A stretch of 64,000 nt of DNA from an uncultured delta proteobacterium (GCA_963737265.1 CAVTRY010000019.1:1-64000), one strand, 5' to 3'. Positions 25,187-36,745 are shown, numbered from the stretch's first letter. The notes: generated by a model from the letters alone, not told the origin. Made by a program: numbers and translations.

Positions 25187-27337
25187 CTACCCGCCGAGAG
25201 CTCGGCCGACCTGATACACGCCGAAGCTCACCAGCCAGGCCAAGCCCGTTGTGTACGCGAAGAGAAAGGCGGGCCAGCGCAGGGTTCGGGTCTCGCGGCG
25301 AACGGCGGCGAGGGTGCTGGTGCATTGGCAGGCGAGGGCGAAGAAGAGCAGCAGGGACAGGCCGACAAGCGGCGTGTACATGGGCGTCCCGTCGGCGCGT
25401 CTCTCCTGGCGCAGCTTTTCGCGCAAGGTTGCTGTCTCGCCGCCACCGTCGGGGCCGAGGCCGTGCACGACGGCCATGGTGGCGATGAAGACCTCGCGCG
25501 CGGCGAACGAGCCAAAAAGTCCGATGCCGATCTTCCAGTCGAAGCCGAGCGGCGCCAACACCGGTTCGAGGCTGTGGCCGAGCTTTCCCGCGAAGCTTTG
25601 CTGCAGGCGTTCGGCTTCCTTGCCTGCTTCAAGCTGTGGACGCTCGGCGAGCGAGGCGGTGCCGATAGCTTGGTCCCACGCGCGCGACGGATGGGCCGCC
25701 GTGCGGGGAAAATCGAGCAGGGCCCACAGCACCACCGAGCACACGACGATCAAAGGTCCGGCGTCGCGTAGAAAGCGGCTTGCGCGATCCCAGACCATGA
25801 GCAGAACGTCGCGCAGTCTCGGCCTGCGGTAGGGCGGCAGCTCGACCACGAAGGGCAGGCGTTTTCCGCTGAGCGGCGGAAGCAGGCGCGAGAGTACCCA
25901 GGCGGCGACGAGCGCGGACAGCATGCCGAACACGTACATCGAGACCAAGACCAATCCGCGCGTGGGGAGAAAGCCCGCGATCGTTCCCGCCGGGAACAGA
26001 GAAACGACGATCAAGGTGTAGACCGGCAAGCGTGCCGAGCAGGTCACCAGGGGAACGACCAGCATGACCAGCAGGCGGTCTCGCCGGCGCTCCATGGTTC
26101 GCGTGGCCAGAATAGCGGGCACGGCGCAGGCAAAACCGGATAAAAGAGGTACGAATGCGCGTCCATGCATGTTCATGGCGCGCATGGGACGATCCATGAT
26201 GTAGGCCACGCGCGCCAGGTACCCCGAGTCTTCGAGCAACCCGAGAAAGGTGAAGAGCAGGAGGATCTGGGGCAGGAAGACCAGCACGGCGCCGAGGCCG
26301 CCGAGCAAGCCGTCGGCGACGAAGTGGGTGAAGATGCTGTCGGGCAGCGTGTGCTTGAGCCAGGAATTGCCAAGCGCGAAGCCGTGCTCGATGGCCCGCA
26401 TCAGCGGATCCATGCCGGTGAAGAGGCCTTGGAAGAGTCCCAACATGAGGACGACGAAGATGAGAAAGCCGAACATCGGGTGGATGAGGATGCGGTCCAC
26501 CTTATCGGTTCGGCCGCGGTCGGGCGCGTGCAGCACGAGCGGGCCTATCTCGCGGTCGAGCCAGGCGTAGCGACTACAAATTGTCTCGTCGTCCACGCGT
26601 TTCTGCTCGTCGTGCGCAAGGCGCGTGACGGCGCGAAGCTCGCGAGGGATGGCGCGTAGCTCGTCACCGTCTTCCACGCTCATCAACGCCCACAGCGCCA
26701 TCGCGTCGACGTGAGGCCAGTCCGGCGGCAGTGCCGGCGCGACGACGGCGAGCTTTTCGCGTAGCCAGGGCGATGGCTGCCAGCGCCAGCGTTCGCTTCG
26801 ATCTTTCTCGGCCAGCCGTCGGCTGAGCGCTGCACGCAATTCCGGCAGACCACGGCCCCGCCCTGCCACCACGGGAATGACTTCGCAGCCGAGGTGCTTG
26901 GACATTGCGACGGGGTCTGCTGCCGCCTTGAGCGCCTCGTCCATCATGGTCATCGCCACCACGACGGGCAGGCCGAACTCCAAGGCTTGTAGGACCAGAT
27001 ACGATCCGCGTACCACCTGCCCGGCGTCGACGCAGATCACGACCGCGTCCGGCCGCGGCTGGCCATCGAGTCCCAGCATGGCCTCGATGGCGATTTGCTC
27101 CTCGGCCGTGCGCGCGACCAGGGAATACGTGCCGGGGATATCGACCACGCTAACCTCGCCGATCTCTTCGAGCGTTGCCTCGCCGACACAGCGATCGACC
27201 GTGACGCCGGGGTAATTTCCCACGTGCGCGCGGCTACCCGTGAGGACGTTGAATAGGGTCGTCTTGCCGGTGTTGGGGTTTCCCGCGATGGCGACCAATC
27301 GAGGTGAGACCGCCGCCGCGGGATGGGCGCCGTTCAT
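25187..27337 (-). CDS. feoB: Ferrous iron transporter B
   Basis: GNPNTGKT, VGNYPGVTV, DIPGTYSL, LEDSGYLAR, GFACAVP, CSARLPVY. Confidence 0.96.
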   Translation of the reverse strand: MNGAHPAAAVSPRLVAIAGNPNTGKTTLFNVLTGSRAHVGNYPGVTVDRCVGEATLEEIGEVSVVDIPGTYSLVARTAEEQIAIEAMLGLDGQPRPDAVVICVDAGQVVRGSYLVLQALEFGLPVVVAMTMMDEALKAAADPVAMSKHLGCEVIPVVAGRGRGLPELRAALSRRLAEKDRSERWRWQPSPWLREKLAVVAPALPPDWPHVDAMALWALMSVEDGDELRAIPRELRAVTRLAHDEQKRVDDETICSRYAWLDREIGPLVLHAPDRGRTDKVDRILIHPMFGFLIFVVLMLGLFQGLFTGMDPLMRAIEHGFALGNSWLKHTLPDSIFTHFVADGLLGGLGAVLVFLPQILLLFTFLGLLEDSGYLARVAYIMDRPMRAMNMHGRAFVPLLSGFACAVPAILATRTMERRRDRLLVMLVVPLVTCSARLPVYTLIVVSLFPAGTIAGFLPTRGLVLVSMYVFGMLSALVAAWVLSRLLPPLSGKRLPFVVELPPYRRPRLRDVLLMVWDRASRFLRDAGPLIVVCSVVLWALLDFPRTAAHPSRAWDQAIGTASLAERPQLEAGKEAERLQQSFAGKLGHSLEPVLAPLGFDWKIGIGLFGSFAAREVFIATMAVVHGLGPDGGGETATLREKLRQERRADGTPMYTPLVGLSLLLFFALACQCTSTLAAVRRETRTLRWPAFLFAYTTGLAWLVSFGVYQVGRALGG

Positions 27338-27555
27338 GCCCGCACGCGCACCTGCGCGGCTTCCCTGCGCCGCAGGGACATGCGACTCAAGCGCAGCTCG
27401 ATGGTCAACGGATCGCCAAGCGGCGCCGTCGCCACCACACGCACTGGCGTGCCGGGAACCAACCCCATCTCCATGATACGTCGGCAGAAGGCGCGATCAC
27501 CTTCCACCGCTTGCACGATGACGATTTTTTTCAGGGGTACTTCGGGAAGAGACAC
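27334..27555 (-). CDS. feoA: Ferrous iron transport protein A
   Basis: RRIMEMGLVPG, APLGDP, SLRRREA. Confidence 0.92.
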   Translation of the reverse strand: MSLPEVPLKKIVIVQAVEGDRAFCRRIMEMGLVPGTPVRVVATAPLGDPLTIELRLSRMSLRRREAAQVRVRA

Positions 27556-27644
27556 TCTGCTTCACTCATTCCAAGCCGAAACGATACTGGAATGTATAGT
27601 CTGACTCGGAAGAGAACGCGATTCATTCCCGATCTACTTCCGAT

Positions 27645-28322
27645 CTACTTCGCCGGTTTGGCGGCGGCGGCAGATGGCTTGGCCGCGGGCGCAGGCGCCG
27701 GAGCGGGCGCATCAGCCGCCACCTTTTCCTTCAGCTCGGCATTCAATTCCAGGCTGACGTCGTTGCCAACCCCGAGCCCGCCGTTGTCGAGAACGGTGTT
27801 CCAGCTAATGGCGAAGTCCTTCCTATCGATCTTTGCGGTCGCGTGAACGCCGCGAACCGTGCTTCCATAGGGCGTCTTGAACGCCGGGGTCGGACCTTCG
27901 ACATCAAGTACGACCGGCTTGGTCACGCCATGCAGGGTCAGATCGCCCGTGACCTTCAGCTTGTTTTTTCCAGCCTTCTGCACCTTGGTCGATTTGAACG
28001 TCGCGGTCGGGAACTTGGCGACATCGAAGAAGTCGGGCGATTTGAGGTGCGTGTCGCGCTTGGGCTCGTGGGTGCTAACCGAGGCGACATCGACGGTCAC
28101 CTCGACGGTCGACTTGGTCACGTCCTTGTCGTCGAGCTCGAGCGTGCCCTTGACCTTTTCGAACTGTCCCTTCACCGTGCTCACCATCATGTGACGGACG
28201 CTGAATTCGATGGTGGAGTGAACGGGGTCGATCTCCCAGGAGCTTGCTTGCGCAAGCGCCGGAGCAAAGAGAGCACCGCTGATAGCCAGAGCCAGGACCT
28301 TGAGGTTTCGCATCGTTATCAC
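27645..28322 (-). CDS. YceI-family periplasmic protein
   Basis: WEIDPVHS, FSVRHMM, RDTHLKSPDFFD, GDLTLHGVTK. Confidence 0.92.
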   Translation of the reverse strand: MITMRNLKVLALAISGALFAPALAQASSWEIDPVHSTIEFSVRHMMVSTVKGQFEKVKGTLELDDKDVTKSTVEVTVDVASVSTHEPKRDTHLKSPDFFDVAKFPTATFKSTKVQKAGKNKLKVTGDLTLHGVTKPVVLDVEGPTPAFKTPYGSTVRGVHATAKIDRKDFAISWNTVLDNGGLGVGNDVSLELNAELKEKVAADAPAPAPAPAAKPSAAAAKPAK

Positions 28323-28476
28323 CTTTCATCGCCTTTCGTAGTTTTCCGTACCGGGTTCTTTCCGAAATCGGTGCTGGTTTGATGCCGAAGCGCAGCGTTG
28401 GTCACAGCCCACGCACAGCGCGGGCCTCGCCCACAACCCAGGGCTTTCCACGGCCCGAAGGAGCCGAGCGCGACGG

Positions 28477-29838
28477 TCAGGGAACGGGATCCGGCGCTGT
28501 CTCAGGCGGCAGGCGGATCACAAACGACGTCGGCCAGCCGTCCACGTCATCCACTGAGAGTTCTCCCTGATGGGCCTCGACGACCAGGCGACAGAAGTAC
28601 AGGCCCAAGCTCCAAGCCGATTGGGGACGAGCTGCTTGTCCCTCGGACGGCAGCTGGTTGGGAAACTTCTCGAAGATCGCTTGGCGCTCGCTGGCGGGGA
28701 TGGCGGGGCCGCTGTTGTGGATCGAGATCCGGACTTCGTCCACGCCACCCGTGGCGGCCAAAAGGACGCGGCCCCCTTCCGGCGTGTGACGGAGGGAACG
28801 GGTGACGAGAACTTCGAGCAGTCGCGAAAACAGGCGCAGATCGACCGCGGCCTTCAAATCGTCGGGCGCTTGGAGGCCGACCGTGATGGAGCGCGAGCGT
28901 GCGCGCGGCGCAGCCTCTTGCAGGGCGCGTTCGAGCAGGCCGCGCAGCTCGACGTCGTCCAAGCGAAGCGTGATGTGACCGCTTTCCAGTTTCGACGTGT
29001 CGAGAATCTGGGCGATCATGTTGGCGAGGCCGTTCGAGGTGCTGAGCGCATCCTCGACCGCTTCGAGCAGCGCACCTTGGCCGGGCATTTTCTTGAGCTC
29101 GAGGGCCAGGTATTCCAGCGAGAGAATGGTCGCGCTGACCGGGTTGCGCATGTCATGCACGATCACCTCGACCAAGGTGTCCTTCTCGCGCTGCAGGTGT
29201 TCGAGCTGCTGGTTTTGTTCCCGCGCTTCCACAAGCGACGCGCGTGCGGAGGTCGCCTCGTGTTTCTGGCGGAGAGCGACCTCGGTTTGGCGAGGAACTG
29301 CGCTGGTGGCCAAAGCAACAAATCCGAGCGAGCATGTCGCCACCAAACCCGGCCAGAGGCTGAGGCCCGCGGCGCGCAGAAGCGCAAACTCGGCGACGGC
29401 GGCAAGAAGGGTCAGCAGCACCACCAAGCGGACTGGCAGGGAAAGGCCGATGAGCGCCACGATTAGGGTGAGCACGCCGAGACTGCTGACCGCCCAGGCC
29501 GTGCCGTGTACGGTGTCGATGAGAATACCCGCCCGCAACACGAGCAACGCGATGCCGAGATCGAAAAATGGCATGGTCCAGGCCCAGCGCCCTGCCAGGG
29601 CCGAGCGACGGCAGGCAAACGCCACGGCCGCCAACGCCAGATAGACCAGCAGCGGCAGCAGTGGATAAATGAGCACGCTGAGGTCGAGGCCATGCTTGCG
29701 GGTCCACGCGCCGCTCAGGGCAGCAAAGGTCGCGCCAGCGGCGAGGCGGATCGCGGAGGTGACCGCGAAGGCGCTTTGGCGAGCTTCGGCCATGGTCTGG
29801 GCAACCGCAGGTTGCAGGGGCGAAGTGGTACTTGGCAT
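28477..29838 (-). CDS. Orphan membrane sensor histidine kinase
   Basis: TM N-terminus, IVHDMRNP H-box, HATPase with degenerate N and G boxes (TRSLRHTP, SLGLYFC). Confidence 0.85.
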   Translation of the reverse strand: MPSTTSPLQPAVAQTMAEARQSAFAVTSAIRLAAGATFAALSGAWTRKHGLDLSVLIYPLLPLLVYLALAAVAFACRRSALAGRWAWTMPFFDLGIALLVLRAGILIDTVHGTAWAVSSLGVLTLIVALIGLSLPVRLVVLLTLLAAVAEFALLRAAGLSLWPGLVATCSLGFVALATSAVPRQTEVALRQKHEATSARASLVEAREQNQQLEHLQREKDTLVEVIVHDMRNPVSATILSLEYLALELKKMPGQGALLEAVEDALSTSNGLANMIAQILDTSKLESGHITLRLDDVELRGLLERALQEAAPRARSRSITVGLQAPDDLKAAVDLRLFSRLLEVLVTRSLRHTPEGGRVLLAATGGVDEVRISIHNSGPAIPASERQAIFEKFPNQLPSEGQAARPQSAWSLGLYFCRLVVEAHQGELSVDDVDGWPTSFVIRLPPETAPDPVP

Positions 29839-29928
29839 GGCGATAGCCGTGCCAGAATACGCCTTCTCCCGACAATCGTCAGTTCGTACTGCGGCTAAAC
29901 CACGCGGTAGCGCGCAGCGCAGGAAGAA

Positions 29929-30046
29929 CTAGAGCACCGAACGGGTTGACGGACCGAGCAAAATCAGGTAGTTGCGAGCGGCCCAAGTGACGGCCCAAGG
30001 CGCGGGGGGCAATAATCGACGGGAGTCAACCCGTTCGGTGCTCTAG
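29929..30046. mobile_element. MITE-like element, 118 bp, with perfect 22-bp terminal inverted repeats
   Basis: CTAGAGCACCGAACGGGTTGAC (29929-29950) and GTCAACCCGTTCGGTGCTCTAG (30025-30046). Confidence 0.75.
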
Positions 30047-30051
30047 CGTGG

Positions 30052-31605
30052 CTAGGCCGCCGCTACTTGGCGCTCGCCGCTGCGTTCGCTGCGGGCCTGT
30101 TCGATGGCCTGTCGCAAGCGTGGCAAGACGTCTTCGGTGGTGTAGCGGATCATGTGTTCGCCCGAAACGGCGAGCGAGAACGCATGGGCCGTCCGGCGCG
30201 GCGTTCGCCACAGCACGCGGCCCAGGAATTTCCAATAGGCGGCGCGATAACGGCCTGTCACACCCTGATGCCACAGCGACGACAGCACGGCGCGAAGGGC
30301 ATACCGCCAGGGCAAACTGAAATGCGTGCTGGTGCGGGATTTCAGTTCGAGCGAGCGATTCGAGCGTTCGAAATAGGCGCCCGGCGCGTAGACGCTTTCG
30401 AGCAAGCGCGCGTAGGACTGGAGCAGCTCCACTTCGTCCATCTTGGTTCGGAAGTTGGGCCGGTCGAAGGTGTCGCCGCCCGATCGTTCGATGAGACGGC
30501 CTTCTTGGATGAGCCGTCGTTCGAGCTGGGTTCCCGGCAGCGCGGCCAGGATGCCCACCATGGCCAAGGGCACGCGCGAGGTGGCAATCCATTCGCGCTG
30601 GCGCTCGATGGCCGCGGCGTCGTCCGAATCGAAGCCGACGATAAATCCCGCCGAGACATCGAGACCGTGGCGGGTGAGCGTGTCGACCGCTTCATGAAGA
30701 TCGACGGCCAGATTCTGCGCCTTGTTCGTTTCGCGCAGCGCCTCCGTCGACGGCGTCTCGATGCCCACGAACACGGCGTCGATGCCGGCGCGCACCATTG
30801 CCACCATCAGCGGCTCGGACGCCGCCAGGTTGATGCTGGCCTCGCAGTAGAATTGGAAAGGATGCTTGTGTTTGTCCATCCAGTCGCCAAGCACCGAAAG
30901 AAGGCGCAAGGTTTCGACTTTGTTGCCCACCAAATTGTCGTCCGATAGGAACACGGTGCCGCGAAAGCCGGTCGCCAGGATGGCCTCGAGATCGGCGCAG
31001 AATTGGGCCGGCGCTTTTGTGCGCGGACGCCGACCGAAGACCTCGATGATGTCGCAGAACTCGCAATTGAAGGGACAGCCGCGACTCCACTGCACCGACA
31101 TCGAGTGGTAGGCCTTCACGTCGAGCAAATCATAGCGCGGCGGCGGCAAGGTGCCGAGCTCGGGTCGGCGCTCTGCGGACATGCGCCGGGGCAGATCGGT
31201 TCCGCGCTCCAGCGCCTCGCACAGGGTGCCCATCAATTCGTCCGCCTCGCCCGAGACCACGCAGTCGGCGTAGGGTTCGAGCAGCTCGGGGCTGGTCGTG
31301 GCCACCGGGCCGCCGACCACGACGGTCTTGCCCGCGGCCCTGGCTTGCGTGGCCAGCGCTAACAAAGAATCGCGCTGCACCAGCATGCCGGACAAAAATA
31401 CAGCGTCGGCCCATGCTAGCTCGCGGGCATCAAGCGGCCTCACGTTGAGATCGCACAGCCGCACTTCCCAGTCCTTCGGCAACAGCGCGGCCACCGTGAG
31501 CAGCCCCAAGGGCGGCAAGAGCGAGCGCTTTCCGAGCAGGCGCAACGAGTTCTCGTGTCCCCAGTAGGTTCGCGGGAACTCAGGGTACAGGCAAAGAATT
31601 CTCAT
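30052..31605 (-). CDS. B12-binding radical SAM protein (DUF4070/HpnP-like)
   Basis: PPLGLLTVAALLP, SRGCPFNCEFC, VFVGIETP, GFIVGFDSD. Confidence 0.9.
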   Translation of the reverse strand: MRILCLYPEFPRTYWGHENSLRLLGKRSLLPPLGLLTVAALLPKDWEVRLCDLNVRPLDARELAWADAVFLSGMLVQRDSLLALATQARAAGKTVVVGGPVATTSPELLEPYADCVVSGEADELMGTLCEALERGTDLPRRMSAERRPELGTLPPPRYDLLDVKAYHSMSVQWSRGCPFNCEFCDIIEVFGRRPRTKAPAQFCADLEAILATGFRGTVFLSDDNLVGNKVETLRLLSVLGDWMDKHKHPFQFYCEASINLAASEPLMVAMVRAGIDAVFVGIETPSTEALRETNKAQNLAVDLHEAVDTLTRHGLDVSAGFIVGFDSDDAAAIERQREWIATSRVPLAMVGILAALPGTQLERRLIQEGRLIERSGGDTFDRPNFRTKMDEVELLQSYARLLESVYAPGAYFERSNRSLELKSRTSTHFSLPWRYALRAVLSSLWHQGVTGRYRAAYWKFLGRVLWRTPRRTAHAFSLAVSGEHMIRYTTEDVLPRLRQAIEQARSERSGERQVAAA

Positions 31606-31700
31606 TCCCTACGAATACACGCTCTTCTGTCATCGTATTGTCATGGCTTGGTCATAACGCCCGACGCTGAAACCCCAATTTTCAACATTCTGGTACTGTT

Positions 31701-32753
31701 TTATTGACAGTCGTTCCCCGACGGGATTTGACAGGTGCCGGCGATGCACTCGGCACCCGCAAGGCACGTGCTGCTTGGCTTGCAAGTATTATTGTCTGGA
31801 GTCTGGGCAGCGCACTGGCCCTGGATGGGTATGCCGAGGAGCTGAATCGAACCGGCGACCCCGGTGCAGCCGGCAAAGCCGCCGGGGGCGCAGAGCGTGG
31901 GGCCGAGGCCGGTGCCCGGGGCGAGCCCGCAGGGTTCTCCCTTCAGCGACGTGGCTAGCTGCGTAGGCGTTTGCGGATTGGCCGCCGTGCTTTTGCCGAT
32001 GCAAACGGTTCCATCGGCAAAGTTGATGTATGCACCCGGGCACGCCGCGCCCGCGGCGACTGTCAGGCCACAGGTCTTGGCCGCCGTGCAGAACAGGCCT
32101 GTTAGGCACGGCTGGGTGTTGTCATCGCACTCGGCGCCGGCTGTCGCGGGGACGACGCAGGTCTTGCTCGGGCTGCACACGAGGCTGCTCTGGCATTCAG
32201 CATTGTCGCCCGACGGACAGGAGGCGCCCGCCCCACCTTGTTCGGTGCAAACACCGCACAGTTGGCCGTTGTGCTCGCATAAACCGCTCGCGCACTGGCT
32301 GTTGCTGCCGCAGGTCGCGCCGTTGGCAAGGGTGCCGTGGAAGGTACAGGCAGGCAGGTTGTTGGCGAAAACGTCGTTGCAGGTTGCGGTGGCTAGAGAG
32401 TCCTTGCAGGTCTGGATATTGGCCGGTGTCGTGCCACTGCCCGCGGACGTGGCGTCCGCGCTACACACCTTGGTCAACCGATCGGCGCAGGTGGCGACAT
32501 CGCCGTAGGCGGCCTCGACGAGGAAGGGAGCGCATTGGTTGATCTTTGCGCACAGAACGGCAGCTTGTTCGCACCCCGGCGCCACGAAGCTGGCGTCCGA
32601 TACGCCCCTGGTCGGCAGGCCGGCGTCGGTGTTGCCGTCCCCACCGCTGGACCCATCCAGTTCCGCGGCGTCGCGAGCCTCGGACAAGCCACCGCTCGAA
32701 TTGCTGCAAGCGGAAACCAGGACGACCAGGGCAAGGCAGACATTGTTTTTCAT
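31701..32753 (-). CDS. Cys-rich lipoprotein
   Basis: Lipobox VSAC; repeated G..C....C..GL.C....C modules. Confidence 0.8.
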   Translation of the reverse strand: MKNNVCLALVVLVSACSNSSGGLSEARDAAELDGSSGGDGNTDAGLPTRGVSDASFVAPGCEQAAVLCAKINQCAPFLVEAAYGDVATCADRLTKVCSADATSAGSGTTPANIQTCKDSLATATCNDVFANNLPACTFHGTLANGATCGSNSQCASGLCEHNGQLCGVCTEQGGAGASCPSGDNAECQSSLVCSPSKTCVVPATAGAECDDNTQPCLTGLFCTAAKTCGLTVAAGAACPGAYINFADGTVCIGKSTAANPQTPTQLATSLKGEPCGLAPGTGLGPTLCAPGGFAGCTGVAGSIQLLGIPIQGQCAAQTPDNNTCKPSSTCLAGAECIAGTCQIPSGNDCQ

Positions 32754-33067
32754 CAGATCCCCATGGCGTGCTCTACGCCGTTGCGCGGATATCGCGTTCC
32801 GATCCATTGTGACACAGCTGACGTCGAAACCTGAAAGCTCGTGGTTGCAACTCAGCCTTGCTCAGGTGGCGCGTCGCGTGCGAAATCGGCCTGCGCTTTT
32901 CGCGGACTGAAGAACTGTCCAAAAATTTGACAGTTCTTCGGCAGCCGAGCCAAGGGCTCGGCCGCAGGTGGGGTGAAGTCCGCGAATTTACTTCGCGGAC
33001 GAGGGGAGGGCAGCGGCCCTCCCTTCAAAAATCTTCAAGACGGGTCCATTTATGGACACGTCTTGAG

Positions 33068-33376
33068 TCAGGGGAGCAGAACGAGTGGAACGATTTCGAC
33101 GAGAGCGCCGAGACCGAACATGCGCGTCGCAGGAATTCGCTCGGCCAGGCGTCCGCCAATGCGACCGCCCCAGGTGTCGCGGAGACTCTGCAAGGCCATG
33201 TAGAGCTGAAAATGCGTGGCAGCGAGCCGCGGATGGGTCAGGTCCATGAAACAGTGCCAGGGTCGCCAGGCGCAACATGATGGCCACGGTGAAGAATCCC
33301 CACGGCACGCCCTGGGCGAAATACAGCCCCGCGAAGAGGAGCAAGCGTGAGCGGGTCGTGCTAGCGGCATCCACCG
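33068..33376 (-). pseudogene. AmpG-like MFS transporter reduced by a large internal deletion
   Basis: N-terminus RLLLFAGLYFAQGVPWGFFTVA joined out of frame near 33250 to C-terminus FMDLTHPRLAATHFQLYMAL. Confidence 0.7.
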
Positions 33377-33391
33377 TTGCATGGTAGCGGA

Positions 33392-35335
33392 CTATTTGCG
33401 CAAGATCAGATTGTTCGCGAGCGCGATGGCCACGCTGACGATGGATTCGCCGGCGATGATCCCCGACGATATCGGCACCACATAACGCTCGGCCTGGGCA
33501 TGGTTGCGACGGGCCCACAGCCATGCGCCCACCGCCCCCAAAAGCATCGAGAAGGGATTGAAGAAGGGCAGGATGAAGCCGAGGCCGAGCCCGATGGGCG
33601 AGGGAATCCAGCGCCGGTGGCGGGGCAGGGCGATTTCCAGCGCGGAGAGAGCCGCGCCGCCGAGAAGTCCCCACATCATTCCGTGCCGTGCCATCGCGTG
33701 CAGGCTGCCGATGCCGTGCTGAAAGAGCTGGGCCACAGCAAGCCAGGTCTGCGCGCTGGGGGCCGCGAAGGTGGGCGCCGCCGAGCCCGCGCCGGTGAGG
33801 ACCGAAGCGTCGGGCACCAGCAAGTGGAATCCGATCACGGTTGCGATGGTGCCGGCAACGACGCCGATAGTTTGCGCCAAAAACTGACGGCGCGGATGAG
33901 CACCGAGCAGGTAGCCGGATTTCAGATCGGTCAGCAGGTCGGCGCTCGACGCCGCCGCGTTGGCGGTGATGGACGCGGTCATCAGGTTGGCGGTGGCGTT
34001 CTGTGGAATGAGCACGCCGTAGACGAGCTGGGTGACCTTGCCCATGGCGCCGATGGGTGTGATGTCGGACTCGCCGGTGGCGCGGCAGGCGACCAGCGAA
34101 AGAAAGAAGGTCAGCAGCACGGCGATGAAGCCGAGGTGCCAGGGGATGCCAAACTGCGTGTGTCCGATGATCAGAACACCGGCGGTCCCGACGGAAGCAA
34201 GGGCAAGGAACCACGACCCCGGCACTTCCGCCGTGGCGTACGCAGCCTTGCCCGATCGCCCGAGGCCGCCCACGGCACGCCAGATCGTTCGCCACTGGGT
34301 GAAAAATGTCAGCAGGCCAGCCGAGATCATCATGGGCGCGCCGATCCAGATGCCAATCTCGCGCCAGGCGCGGCCCGCACTGTGCGCAGCGCCCGCCGCC
34401 AGCGCCGCCGGCCCGACCGCGTACATCAGCACGAGCCCGCCTGCGACCATGGAAAAGCAAATGCGCGGGCCGGTGAGCGCGCCGGCCGCGATCATGACCA
34501 GCTTGTTGTCGAGGACGAAGTTCCAGTCGCTGGCCAGGTAAGACGCGCCAGTCTTGGGATCCTTGCCTGGGACGGGCAACCAATCGAAGATCGACGCCGT
34601 GTCGGGAACCACACCGTTGTAGGGACGCTCGGCGCTCGGCCGGCGCAACGGAAGATCCATGATGAGCGGCGGTACCGCCGCGACCAGCGCTGCATAGAAC
34701 AGCGCCTTGGCCTTGGCCGCTGCTTCCTTGCCTTGGCTGAACAGCGATTGCAACGTCACCGCGGCCGCGATGCCCGACGGGAAACGCAACTTCTCCTGGT
34801 TGATCATGTTGCGCTTCATGGGAATGGCCAGGGCGACGCCCAGCAGCGCCAGGAAGAACGTCCAGCCCGCGAGCACCGGCCAAGGCAAATGCTGCCCGTG
34901 CGGATTTTGTGCCGTCACGCTGAGGAGCAACAGCGCCGGCGTGGCCGACACCATGGTGCTGCCGGTGGAATAGCCGGCGGCCGACGCCGTCGATTGCATG
35001 CAGTTGCTTTCCAAGATGGAGAGCGGCGAGCGCGCGAGTCCAATGCGCAGGCAAAGGTTCCACAGCGAGAAGGACACGATGCAGGCGGTGATGGCCACGC
35101 CCAGACCCCAGCCGGTCTTGAGGCCAACGTAGAGGTTGGTGAAGGCGAGCAAGAAACCGAGAAGCGAGCCCAGCACCACCGCGCGCAGGGTAAGCTGGGG
35201 AGCGTCTTCGCCGCGGAAGGCGAGCCGGTACCACGTCTTCTCGTCGAAGGTGGCGACTTCAGCAGGCGAGGTTTCGAGCGGGCGACCAGCGGCGATTTCC
35301 TCGGGCGTATGCGCCGGCTTCTGGAACCACGACAT
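33392..35335 (-). CDS. OPT-family oligopeptide transporter
   Basis: QLTLRAV, NLYVGLKTGW, LESNCMQSTASAAG, LRFPSG, DLKSGYLLGA, SGIIAGES. Confidence 0.92.
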   Translation of the reverse strand: MSWFQKPAHTPEEIAAGRPLETSPAEVATFDEKTWYRLAFRGEDAPQLTLRAVVLGSLLGFLLAFTNLYVGLKTGWGLGVAITACIVSFSLWNLCLRIGLARSPLSILESNCMQSTASAAGYSTGSTMVSATPALLLLSVTAQNPHGQHLPWPVLAGWTFFLALLGVALAIPMKRNMINQEKLRFPSGIAAAVTLQSLFSQGKEAAAKAKALFYAALVAAVPPLIMDLPLRRPSAERPYNGVVPDTASIFDWLPVPGKDPKTGASYLASDWNFVLDNKLVMIAAGALTGPRICFSMVAGGLVLMYAVGPAALAAGAAHSAGRAWREIGIWIGAPMMISAGLLTFFTQWRTIWRAVGGLGRSGKAAYATAEVPGSWFLALASVGTAGVLIIGHTQFGIPWHLGFIAVLLTFFLSLVACRATGESDITPIGAMGKVTQLVYGVLIPQNATANLMTASITANAAASSADLLTDLKSGYLLGAHPRRQFLAQTIGVVAGTIATVIGFHLLVPDASVLTGAGSAAPTFAAPSAQTWLAVAQLFQHGIGSLHAMARHGMMWGLLGGAALSALEIALPRHRRWIPSPIGLGLGFILPFFNPFSMLLGAVGAWLWARRNHAQAERYVVPISSGIIAGESIVSVAIALANNLILRK

Positions 35336-35412
35336 GCGGCTAGGTTACTCGATAGGACGCGCCAGCAGCACTGCCTGTTGACAGCGAAGGGCTGCCGACC
35401 GAGATTGCACCC

Positions 35413-36303
<891 letters not shown>

Positions 36304-36388
36304 GAGAACGCACGTGCTCCGTGGCCGACGGCGATCGTCTCGGCCACGGCCGGGTTGGCGACCGCGTTCGCGGCGCCGAGCCGAAGGG

Positions 36389-36745
36389 TCACGACTTGCT
36401 GGAACCACCGAGTACGGGAAACAGCCGATGTAATACCTTGATGCTCGCTTCGTCGAGCAGAATGCCGCAGCCGATGGCCTCGTGGGTCGGATGAAACCCG
36501 CGCCAGCGAACGATGCCGGCCATGGTTTCTTCGCCCTTTTCGGTGTGAAGGGTTATTTGCATGCTGTCGCCGACGCCCACTTCGTCGGGCAGTGCGCTGG
36601 TGGCCACGAGGAACAAGCCCGCCACGGAAACGTCGCAGATTTCCCCCGGCATGGTTTCGGCACGGCGGTTGTGCCAGAGAACGGCCACCCGCACCCGATG
36701 TCGAGGATGAATTCTCCGCTCGGGCTTGGGGCGGTCGGGCCTCAT
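36389..36745 (-). CDS. Single-domain PilZ protein
   Basis: RxxxR (RIHPR) and DxSxxG (DVSVAG) motifs. Confidence 0.8.
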   Translation of the reverse strand: MRPDRPKPERRIHPRHRVRVAVLWHNRRAETMPGEICDVSVAGLFLVATSALPDEVGVGDSMQITLHTEKGEETMAGIVRWRGFHPTHEAIGCGILLDEASIKVLHRLFPVLGGSSKS

